DNA of 64,000 nucleotides. It comes from Antechinus flavipes (taxonomy: Eukaryota). The stretch is taken from positions 185,566,001-185,630,000 of the forward strand of contig NC_067401.1 of NCBI RefSeq assembly GCF_016432865.1. The letters run 5' to 3'. How positions within the stretch are numbered: the first letter of the stretch is position 1; the number at the start of each line of letters is the position of its first letter. Below the pieces are notes generated by a model that saw only the letters and a program-made list of their open reading frames with translations, searched no databases and was not told the origin of the DNA. Made by a program: the position numbers and the translations under genes. This document shows positions 50,860 through 61,015 of this stretch, piece after piece.

Positions 50860-51015
50860 ACTATACTGGAGTGGTTTGCCATTTCCTTCTCTAGTGGATT
50901 AAGGCAGACAGAAGTTAAATGACTTGTGCAGAGTCACAGAAGTAGTGTGAACCAATGTAAACTCAGGACTTCCTTCTGAACCCAGCATTCTATCCACTGA
51001 GCCTTCTAGTTGCCT
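50860..51015 (-). mobile_element. MAR1-like SINE fragment
   Basis: atactggagtggtttgccatttccttctctag...ttaaatgacttgtgcagagtcacag. Confidence 0.65.
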
Positions 51016-51319
51016 CTGGTATGAGTATCCCAGATGGAATGATAGTACTCAGGTGAGGTACTTAATATTCTGACACTAGAGATCTAGAGAAGTACAAAGA
51101 AAAGTTGTAGAGCCTTCCCCCTTGCCCATAAAGGACTTCTAGCTTATTGGGGCTGGGGGAAAGGGAGAGGACATACACATAAAGGAGGGCATAGTCTATT
51201 TTACTATATTTAAGAGCTATTTGATTAAAGAATTATACATCAGGAGCTTACACAGATAAGATGGAATGGGAGAACTCTGAACTAGGGCTACCAGGAAGGT
51301 TAAGATTTAGCAAGATATG

Positions 51320-51580
51320 TTGTTAGCTTGTTTTTTATTTTCTTTCTCATTTTTTCTCCTTTTTGATCTGATTTTTCTTGTGCAGCAGGATAAATGTGGA
51401 AATATATTTAGAAGAATTATACATGTTTAACATATGGATTACTTGCTATCTAAGGGAAAGAAGGGAGAAAAAATTGGAACACAAGGTTTTGCAAGGATAA
51501 ATGTTGAAAACTATCTTTGCATGTATTTTGAAAATATATCTTATATAAAAATGGAATATTAATATTAATTTTATTATTTT
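51320..51580 (+). mobile_element. L1 3' UTR fragment
   Basis: Similar to 35930-36170 and 46390-46620. Confidence 0.8.
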
Positions 51581-53090
51581 TAAAAAAGATTTAGCAACAT
51601 AGAGGAATGAGGAAAAGATATAAATGAGCATAAGTCTAGAAGTAAAAATAGTAGGAGGAAAGGCCTAGATACAGTAATGATAGGAAAAGGGAATAAACCA
51701 ATTCAGCAGATATAGTAGGAGACAACAATAGAAAAATAGGAGGGCTATATGTTAGATGATTCTGAACTCAATTCAAGAAAATTTAAAGACCTGAGATATG
51801 CAAGACCTCAGGCAAGGTTCAGGGGATATAATTTTTTTTTAAATGACCAGGTTCTCTGTCTTCTAGGCATTAAAAGCCTAGGAAGGCAGACAACTTTACA
51901 AAGGAAATAATGGTTGAAATCCAAACTGATGGTGTGATATTTGAGGAGAGAGCAATATCACTTATGGGTGGGGGAAGAGATAAGAAAAGACTTTATGGAG
52001 GAGATGACATGTCAGTTTAAAGAAAGGGAAAATTTTCAGCTAATACAAATGTAGAGTTTCCTATTCTAGCATGTACAAGTTACAAAGGGGGGAAAAGGCA
52101 AAATATAATTAAGGAAATGATTGGGTATAGTATAACTAAGAATAGAAATATATTTGAGAAACAGACTGTCAAATGCTTGAAAGCTAGATTAGGCTTATAT
52201 AGGGATCAAGGATTTTGAGCAGAGAGATGAGTGTCTTGATTAAACTTTTTTAGGAAGATTACTGTGACAGTAGTATGTATAGAAGGAAGAAACTGGAGAC
52301 AGGGAGATGAGACCAGTTGCAATAATCCAGATAAAAAGTAATATAGACCTAAACTTGTCTGGTAGCAATAGAACTGGAAAGGAGGGACTGAACTGGACTT
52401 GAGAAACATGAGGAAAATCAATAGAACTTGGTGATGTGATCAGAAGAGAAGGGAAAAGAAAGTAACAAGGTTGACTAAGATGTAGATTTCAAAATGAGGG
52501 TGCCACTGTCAAATATAGGAACCCAAGAATGGTAACTATTGTAGTTTTAAGGGAAAACCCCATGATTTCATATTCAAACATCTTGTCATTTACACTCCTC
52601 AAAGGTGAGATTCAATTTCCTTCATGTAGCAGGGATTTCCCCATGGATAAAGACTATCTCTTATGAAAATGAAAACTCTTCAGAACTGTCATTTCCCAGT
52701 ATTATAGATTAAAGACCAGAATATGTGAAGGGATTAAAATAAAGCTATTTAGTGACAATAGGAAAAATGCCAGGGAAGATGAGGGGTGTCTCACCCTGAG
52801 TCAGAATGTACATGAGTATACAAACATCCATAATTAAACATACCTTGTTAGTTTTAAAACAAGATAATGTCACCTCCAGCATGGATTTTCTAATGTGGCA
52901 GGGAGAGTTTTCCAAAAATGATTGAATTTTCAAAGAAGGTTGACTCTCTGAGAATCCACAAAATCCACAGCTGATGAGAAAAAAAAAAGTCTGGAGATAA
53001 CTACAGGGCCAATGTTCTCAGTTGATTTTTCAGGGCCTAGATGAAAGAGGATCTGATGGAATAGTATGGGGGATTCTAATTTCATCTATA

Positions 53091-53096
53091 TTTATT
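53091..53096 (-). terminator. TMEM95: TMEM95 poly(A) signal AATAAA
   Basis: tttatt on the + strand, about 170 nt past the stop. Confidence 0.6.
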
Positions 53097-53264
53097 TGAG
53101 TCACTGACTAGTGTGGTGGTGGTGGTATTTGAAGGGGTGGGAAGTTAGGTATGTGAATGGTCCTTGGAGGTTGGGAGTGCTGAATGCTTGCTGTGAATTG
53201 CCAGAACTGAGTCAACAAGAAGACTTTGAAGGTGGAAACTGGGGGGGAAGGTCTTGGAATCTCT

Positions 53265-54955
53265 TCAAGAGTGTTGCTCTGCAAGAAGAGATCTGGATCT
53301 GGAGGAAAGGGATAAAAGGAAAAAGGAAGAAATAAAGACCGGCTTATGATGGGATAGACGAGAATATAATGATTAGAATGGCACATGCCCCATACTCCCA
53401 ACCTCAGACCCATTCCCCAACTCACTCTATTATACAGCTGATGAAACCTAGAATTAATGAGGCAGCTGAAAAAAACAGGAGCAGAATCTTGGCTTCCCTT
53501 AGGTCCTGTTTTCCTATGGGAAAAAGGGTAGAGTGAAAGTTGCCATGCTGCAAAGGAATCTGTAGTACTTCTTTTTGAAAGGAAGTCAGGGAGAGGATGG
53601 TGGGAAGTCATTGGAGAAGAAATTAAATCCCAGATAAGAGTTTGAGGGCCACAAGATTGGATCCCCAAGGGCAGGAGCTTCTGGAAAGGGTGGACAAGGT
53701 ACTTAGATGTGAGGTTGACCTGGGTTACAACGCTTGAGAGCCCAGCAATGAACCTCAACAGCTTTGCATGTGGAGCAGTTGTACAGGGTAGTCCTTCCAC
53801 CTGCAAGATTGGCTGGAGGTGATGATTAAGGGAGAGCCCAGCTCCCTCCCTCTTAGGGCCTCAGTAGTGATGATGATGGTGTCTCCTCACCCTTTCCACC
53901 CAACCTTTGTTCTCAGAGATCCAGGTGGTCAAACTACCCCTTTGCCCTCAACCCATATGCTATACTCACGGCAGGCAGGAGGGCACAGAGCTGAGAAAAT
54001 CAAGGAGAAAAGTGTCTGTCCCCTATCCAACACCCTTCTCCCACCTCCCACCCCCAATGCTTCATATCCATCAGGATTCCAGGTATCTCTCCCTTCCCAC
54101 CCTTCATGCCTGATACCTTGCCTCATATATTCAGGAAGTTTAGATTTCTGAAGCCATTGCCAATAGGTGGGAAGGGAAAACAGGTAACCTTTGATTTCTG
54201 GGGAAAAGGGCAGCAAATAGTTTGTTCATAAAACTTCTCCTTGGCCCCCAACCCTGGTTCTCACTCTCATTCCCCTCTCCCCACTTCCTTCCCTCTCCTT
54301 TTATATTTTTCCACTTTTCTTATCACCAATCAATACTTCTTTTATCCCATGCCCTCTACCCTTTATCATTTGAAATAGATCATTTTCTCCTCTTTATCCA
54401 CTTAAGGTGTCACTTTATCTCCTCACCAAGGACTGTCATTACTCTGTGTGTTTTTTCTGTAATTCTATCCATGGATACTTCATCTGGAGAAAAAGAGGAG
54501 ATGACAAAGTTCTAGAGAAAATCTTATAGATCCTAGAAGATAGAGTCAACCTCCAAGGGAGCTAGTCTTCCTTCATGGATCTCCTGGGCCTACAGTAAAA
54601 GTAAATCATATAATAGGATTCAAGGGAAATCTTATCAATAGATTTATTGGGTGGTGATGTGAAGAGAATTAGAGACTTGAATGAGAAGAGGGAAGGACTA
54701 TTCTAACAGATGGCTTTCACTTCAGGTACCTGAGAGATTTGGAGGAGATAGAATCAGGACTAGAGGAAAGGATTCTTAGGTCCCACCTAAGGCAAAGGTT
54801 GAGAAGTTCCAGCTGGTTTTACAGTCTCCCCATTCTGAACTTATCTGTTCACAGAGATGAGCCAGGCGTGCAGAAAGGTCTCTAGAAGGGAGGCGGCAGA
54901 AGATACAGGCTTGGGAGGTGCTTAAGAAAAGATAGCCAAGCATTGGGACCCACAT
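53265..54955 (-). CDS. TMEM95: Sperm-egg fusion protein TMEM95, 176 aa; complement(join(53265..53298,53426..53513,53720..53800,53970..53990,54117..54197,54427..54483,54787..54955))
   Basis: MWVPMLGYLFLSTSQACIFCRLPSRDLSARLAHLC.../DEVSMDRITEKTHRVMTVL/EIK...LPEYMRQ/ALCPPAC/RGRTTLYNCSTCK...CNP/GKQDLREAKILLL.../SRSLLAEQHS*; seven exons with GT-AG introns, 531 nt in frame. Confidence 0.95.
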
Positions 54956-55462
54956 GAAGACCAGAATGAGAACCTTGTTTGGAATAGAAGACACTGATTT
55001 TCTGTGGAGGGAGGCACTTTGGAATATTCTGTCAACTTGGACTCTAGTCTCTTTATTCTTGGGTTCTAGAGTCCAGAAGTATTCCAACTTGAAGGTTAGG
55101 GGGAGGGTGGATGAGGTCTCAGAAAGTCGTGGTGCTAGAAAGGATTGGAATCATAGTATGGAAGCTTAGATTTCTATAATCCCAGTACCTTATGTAGCAC
55201 TGATATCCTTTGGTTCTATTGGTCAATGATGCCTTCTGTAAGCCTATAAAAAGGACAATGCCTCTTCATTTTCCTGTGAGTGAGTATAATATTTTAACAC
55301 AGTTTTTGGCATATAAGTGCTTAATAAATGCTTGTTGACTGATAAATTGACTGAATTGGCCAACAGGTGTTCATCTATATTTGAAACAAGAACCCAGCTG
55401 TGTAAATCACTTTTTCAAGTCCACGAAAAACAAACAAAAATTCAACTGCCCTCTTAAGAGAC

Positions 55463-55496
55463 TGCAGCATAATTGCTGGCCACCAGAGGGGGCGCA
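55463..55496 (+). promoter_or_regulatory. Probable CTCF site GGCCACCAGAGGGGGCGC with upstream TGCAG module
   Basis: Core has one deviation from consensus; the upstream motif is at the usual spacing; isolated CpG. Confidence 0.6.
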
Positions 55497-55739
55497 GCAT
55501 CAAAAATCCTGGTTGGATCTCCCATAGCCAAGTAGGGGAAAGGAAAGGAATAATCATTTTTATATTACCTACTATGTGCCAGGCATTGTGCTAAGTTTAT
55601 AAATATCTCATTTGAGCCTCACAACAATACTTAGAGATACCCACGGATACCCACTTTAAGCAGTAGTAACCATTTTAATTCTCTCAAAGATCTCAAAGGA
55701 TCCAAAATTAAACTCGGGCACAAAATGGAATATCCTACA

Positions 55740-56400
55740 AAATATCAGTCAGTCATTATGACTAAATGCCAAGCACTCTGCTACATGGTGGGGCTACAAC
55801 GATAAAACAAAATAGCATTTCTGAACCTCAAGGACCTTAAATTCTACTGGGAGAAATGACATTTACATTTCTAAATAAATACACAAAGTGCTTTTTCATT
55901 GTTGTTCTTTTGACCTGTGATTTCATTGGTCCAGGGAGCTTCCAGGGAGAAAGCAGAAAAGACTATTCTTCATCTTCTAAGAGAGGGCCTATATGAAGTG
56001 AGAAAAGCGGTTTGTAAAAGGTGAGATTTTAGATGCACAGTGAAGGAAGTCAGGAGGCAGAAATGAGGAGGGAGAGAATTCCAGGCAACAGGAGCAGCCA
56101 GAGGAAAAAAAGACAAAGTTGGAAGATGGAATGTTTTTCAGGGAATAGTAAGGAGATTAGAGATATGGATCATAGAAAGAAGTGGTGTTAAGAAGACTGG
56201 AAAGGTAGGAAGGAGCCAAGGCATAAATGACTTTAAAAGCTAAATAGAAGATTTAGTATTTGACCCTGGAGGGTGCCAATGAATGGAGGTTGAGGGACAT
56301 GGAATAATATGGTAAAACTTGAACTTTAGGATGACAAATTTTATAGCTGAGTAGAGGATGGACTAAGAAGGTAGAGACTGGTGAGGCTGGCAGACCCTCA
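55740..56400 (-). mobile_element. LINE2 fragments
   Basis: cagtcagtc..atgactaaatgccaagcactctgc...ctcaagga and purine-rich L2 antisense texture. Confidence 0.55.
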
Positions 56401-58076
56401 TGTTATGGAAGAGAAAATATGCAAAGGTACAATCAACAGGCTTTTAGCAGTAGAAATAGGGTAAGAAAGAATGAGACAGATCATATTCCATTACCCTAGC
56501 CTGATTTATGATTTTATACTTGAATCAAGAGAGAGGAGGTTAATGAATTTCTCATGCAAAGATGATCAGAAATTGCTATATTTCTATTAGTCATTTTCTC
56601 TGTGAATCATCTCCCCAGATCTAGGGCAAAACAATTTAAGGAGAGAAACAGGTCAAGTAGAAACACAAGTTATACTAGTAAGTTCCAGCGTAGCCCACAG
56701 ATACTTTTGTTTATAGAACTGTAACTAGGATAGGGCAGCTGGAGCTTTGTTCAGGATGTGCTCCTCCTAGTAGTAGTTCAGAAACTACCATACATCTGTC
56801 TACTCTCTCACCTAGCTCTGTCCAACATGCTCAACATTTCGTCACTCTCCAAAAAGATTCCCTTCCTCCCCATTTCAAATGAGAGTAGAGTCACTCTCTT
56901 TCCTGACAGCTGCAAACATGGTCATACTGTCCTCTGTCACCACTATCCCTTTCTAAAGATTTTTGTCCCAAGTGAAAAAATACCTAGTCCCAACTCAGTA
57001 GCATATTCAATTCCCAATACACCTCTTCATATACCCACTCTGGTTTCTTCCCCATCCCCCACAGATTTCACAAATTTGTAGTTCAAAAAGTTTTTTTCTT
57101 TTTATTATTTTTAGGCATTTCTTATTTATTAGATATGAACAATAAATAGTGACTCTTCCTGGAAAAGAATCTGTGCAAAATAGGAGAGCAAATATTCCAT
57201 TTTCCCCCTCCCTTCATAAGTTTGTTGAATTAAATTTCTCTTCCTTTCACTATAGTGAATCCTAGCATCACCACCATGGTTTCTACAACAACCCAATAAA
57301 AACAAAATAGCCTCATCAGCCCAACTAGGCCTGTAGTTTTTGCCTCAAGGCTCTCTCAGGTTCTCTCCATATTGACAAAGGGTTGCCACCCTACAATTCA
57401 AAAATAAGTCTTCTACCTGTCCACTGAAAGAACACAAATGCATACTCCCTGTGCCAATCCAATCATTTCACATAAAGGAACAGCATTGTTATAGGTATTC
57501 TCCAGAACAGGCCTAGACAAGTCCAAAAACTGGAAAGGGAGCACAGTCAGAGATCAAAAGACAAATGACAGATTCTATTGCCATTCAGAGACATAAAGCA
57601 TTGTACCCCGCAATACCTCAGCTCCCCTACACCCTGTCAGCATGAAACATAGGGGTGAGATGAAGTATGGCATCACCCATTAGTCAGTCAACCAGTATTT
57701 GTTACACCAGAGTTTATGGATAATACTTGTTTTTCCACAGTCCACCTTCCCCCACCCCAACCCCCAATTTGAGATTCCATTAAGATATTTTTTCTTTTCT
57801 TAAGTCAGAGGACCAAGGAGGTGCCTCCCCACAAAACTCTCTTGCCCTTCAAAGTAATCTGATAAAATCTTAAGTTGGGAATGAGGGAAGGGTGGTTTTT
57901 TCCAATTTCCTATTTCTTTAGGGATTGAAGCTTCAGTCAAGAGATAGATTGGAAGTCCCCCTTAACTCTCATAGCTCCGACCTCCTCCAAGTCATTTTAT
58001 AAAGTCCTAAATCTCTTTTGGATCTAAAAGGATAGAGGGATTGCATTCCTAACTTTATTGACTCTTTCTTTTTCTT

Positions 58077-58892
58077 TCAATGTCGGACAAAACGCAGCGA
58101 TCGGGAGTTCAGCAGGTCCTCAGGGTCAGGGAAGACAGAGTCAAGTCGAAAACCATGTTCTAGAGCCACCTGGAGCACTTCCTCCAAGAACCCAGGTGTC
58201 CCTACTACCTCGCGCTTCTCACCAGCTTCTCCTACTACCCATAGTTGCTGCAATCCTAGACGTCGATACTCAACCTCTGGGAGTCCTTCTGGGCAGGGAG
58301 CCCATTCCAAATGGAAATGGGGACTTCCTTCTCCTTCCCCTTCAGCAACTCCGAACCGGGCTCGAAGTACCCCAAGACAGATGGGATCTGTACAGAAGAT
58401 ATTGGCTCTAAAGGTGTCAACTCGAGCAGCACTGAGTTCATAGTGGTGGGGACCTCGACGAGCTGAGAAGTGGACCAGTCGGGGGGTAGCATCCACATCT
58501 GCATGAAACAACGCAGCTGTGATCACCTCAGTTCCCTGAGTTACCTCCAACTCCCTAAGTGCTTCTAGTAGGGGCTGGATCTGGTAGAAATCAGCCTCAG
58601 CTCTCAGGAGCGCTGTCTCCCCATAACCCCTAGGCAAGTCCAGGCAGCCCAGACGCAGGAAATTGAGGATGTGACGAAAGGCTTTACCATCCCGATCGAT
58701 AAAGTAGTAGTTGCTACCTTGAGAGCCAGAATTGGGTGGCAGTGCCGCACCCTCTCTGAACATGGCTCCCAACATTGAGTCTGGGAATCGAGTTAGAGTT
58801 TCCAAGGTAGTAGCATACAGGGTTCCTCCCACATTTAGTGTCACAGGCCCCCCAAAAGAGGGTGCCTGGGAGGGCATTGGGGGAGGAGGAAT
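58077..58892 (-). CDS. KCTD11: BTB/POZ protein KCTD11, single coding exon; 271 aa from AUU (58892), 266 aa from in-frame AUG (58877), 232 aa from downstream AUG (58775)
   Basis: GGPVTLNVGGTLYATTLETLTRFPDSMLGAMF...YFIDRDGKAFRHILNFLRLG...DSVFPDPEDLLNSRSLRFVRH* is unambiguous KCTD11; the start choice is inferred. Confidence 0.96.
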   Translation of the reverse strand: MPPPPMPSQAPSFGGPVTLNVGGTLYATTLETLTRFPDSMLGAMFREGAALPPNSGSQGSNYYFIDRDGKAFRHILNFLRLGCLDLPRGYGETALLRAEADFYQIQPLLEALRELEVTQGTEVITAALFHADVDATPRLVHFSARRGPHHYELSAARVDTFRANIFCTDPICLGVLRARFGVAEGEGEGSPHFHLEWAPCPEGLPEVEYRRLGLQQLWVVGEAGEKREVVGTPGFLEEVLQVALEHGFRLDSVFPDPEDLLNSRSLRFVRH

Positions 58893-59379
58893 TTTGAATA
58901 GCACCAGAGAGATACAGATGGGAAGAGGCTGGGCTTTTGGCGGGAGTCTGGGGAGGAACTGATTTGTAGATTTACAGCAGCTGTTTTCGAAGTAACGAAA
59001 AGGTTTAGGGGTACCCAGAAGCTGCCTCCCCGGCACAGCCGGGCTAAATCTACAGCAGGGAATATTTTCAATAAAGTTTGGGAATACAGAGCAGTCCCGC
59101 GGCTGATTTCAAGGAAAAAAAGCAGTTTGGGTTCACCTCAGCTGGGATGTTGACCCAAATTAGGGGCAGCGGCCAGCTAAAACAGCTGGCCTGTTGGTCC
59201 AGAAATGCTAGAGTCCGAGTACTCCAAGATATGAATGGAGGGTTTTTCCTGGCGTACCTGAAGATTAAATTTCAGGGTTCCAGCCGACAGATCGGCGGTA
59301 TAAAAGGCTGATTTCTGGATAATCAATGCAGTCTTTTTTTTGGGGGGGGGGAAGAGGGGGAGTGGTTTGCAGAGGGTGT

Positions 59380-59870
59380 CCTTAGTTCCCAAGAGCGGAT
59401 ATCCTAGAGTTAGCGTCGATATTTTGGGGAGCAAGTCCAAACTTCTAGCCGTTTCCAATTTCCAAGTCAGGGAGGTGGGGTGCCGGAGGGAGCCTGGAAA
59501 GGGCAGTGACTTCAGGGATGGGGTGGGGTGGCCAAGCCGTCCCTGCAGTCGGTTTCAGGGTTCGCTCCAAATTCGGCAAGGGTGGGAATGGTGTCAAAGA
59601 GCCGGTCTGGACCCTAAATTTCGGGACCCGGGCTCAGGATGGGCTCCCCAGCGTCTTCAAGCTCGGTCCTCTGCTCTTCAGGAAGTAAAAGTAACAACGC
59701 AGACGTGATGGGCCCTTTAAGAGACAGGCCAGGCCCCCTGGAGCCCTACCCCTCTCCACCCCCACTCTCACCCCCGCCCTACTCCAGCCGCTTTGGCTAG
59801 TTCTCCCTTTTGGGGACAAGAGTTTAGCTGCTTAAACTGCACTGTGCTCTCCCGCCCCTAGAATGGGGAG
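59380..59870 (-). promoter_or_regulatory. KCTD11: KCTD11 promoter and 5' leader: GC boxes (59771-59780, 59851-59858), TATA-like TTAAAG near 59715-59720, RCGTG at 59703-59707
   Basis: CpG-rich; motifs read directly; TSS near 59690 is inferred. Confidence 0.6.
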
Positions 59871-60964
59871 GGGAGGGGAGGAGAGAAGGAAGGGACTAGG
59901 GAAAAGGCAGCATCTGAAATGAGTTGTAATTCCCTGGAGGCTGGGGAGGAGGGTGAAGTTTTCATCAGACACGTTCCCTCCCCCTTCCCCAAGTCTGGGT
60001 ACCGAAGGGACGAGAGAGAGCAGGTTGGAGCAGAGCGGCCAGTTAGGAAAGAGACTTCTCAAATTCTGGAGGTAGATAGAGGTTTCCCGGTAACCCGGTT
60101 TCTTGCAGCCAAGAGATTAGTACGCGCTAAAGTCATACCAGGGGATTCTTAAATGAGTTACGGGTTGCTTAGAATGGATGCCTAGATGACCTCTGCATTT
60201 CCTTCCTCTTCTGAGTCTGTTAGGCCAACTGCACCGATCGCTCAAAACCAACTCGCGAAGCATTTCGGTCAGCCTAGGGACACCTAAACCACCCACGCCT
60301 GGCGGCCGCTCTTCATCCCAGCCTCCCCATTGTTTATAAAGACCTTGAAGTTTTAGATTTCAGTGGACTGGAGCTAATGGTTTTCGTTTCAAGAAAGTTC
60401 CCCCGGGGGAAGATAGGGACGTGGAATTACAGTAGACAGAAATCCTGGGACATCACATTTAGAGTATCTTGGGAGGATGGGGTTAGGGAAATTGGGAACC
60501 TCGGTCCTGAAAGTAACCCTGGAAATAGTACTCCTCTATATGTTTCCCTTTTGGGGGTCAAGATTTGCGAGGGATGGGGAAGATAAATGCCTGAGCCTCT
60601 AGGAAAAAAGGGAAAAATTCGGGGCTGGATACTGGGGCTAGATACCTGGGGTAGCTGAGCCCCACTCTATTTCTATGAGATGGGGAAATCTCACTACCCA
60701 GGAGGAAAAGGTGAACACTTCCTATCTGACTAACCAGTCTGGTGACTACATGTCTCACTACGTGTGCTTCACCCTAGAACTAAGGGTCTTCTGAAACATC
60801 TTTAGCTGGTGGACTCTATACCCAGAGTCCCAAAAATCTGCCCTAGAATTCCTTGGCTTCAGGTCCCCCAACCTCCACTTCTACCCTTCCCTCAATCCAC
60901 ACACCCCCTTCACTCCCATCCCAACATAGGTACAGTGGAGACATGTAGGTAGCTGAGAGATCAT

Positions 60965-60970
60965 TTTAAT
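60965..60970 (-). terminator. ACAP1: Probable ACAP1 poly(A) signal ATTAAA
   Basis: tttaat on the + strand, about 45 nt after the stop. Confidence 0.45.
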
Positions 60971-61015
60971 GTGAATTATTCCAAAGGGAGGAGTTTGAGG
61001 GTTTAGCTCTCTGGT

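Noticed and set aside
53108-53806. 232-aa - strand ORF
   Set aside because: It runs through TMEM95 exons 5-7 and introns, mostly in other frames; the spliced model explains the region.
58893-59036. 319-aa KCTD11 ORF starting at GTG 59036
   Set aside because: The ORF caller uses bacterial-style alternative starts; the extension shows no recognisable homology, so AUU at 58892 is preferred.
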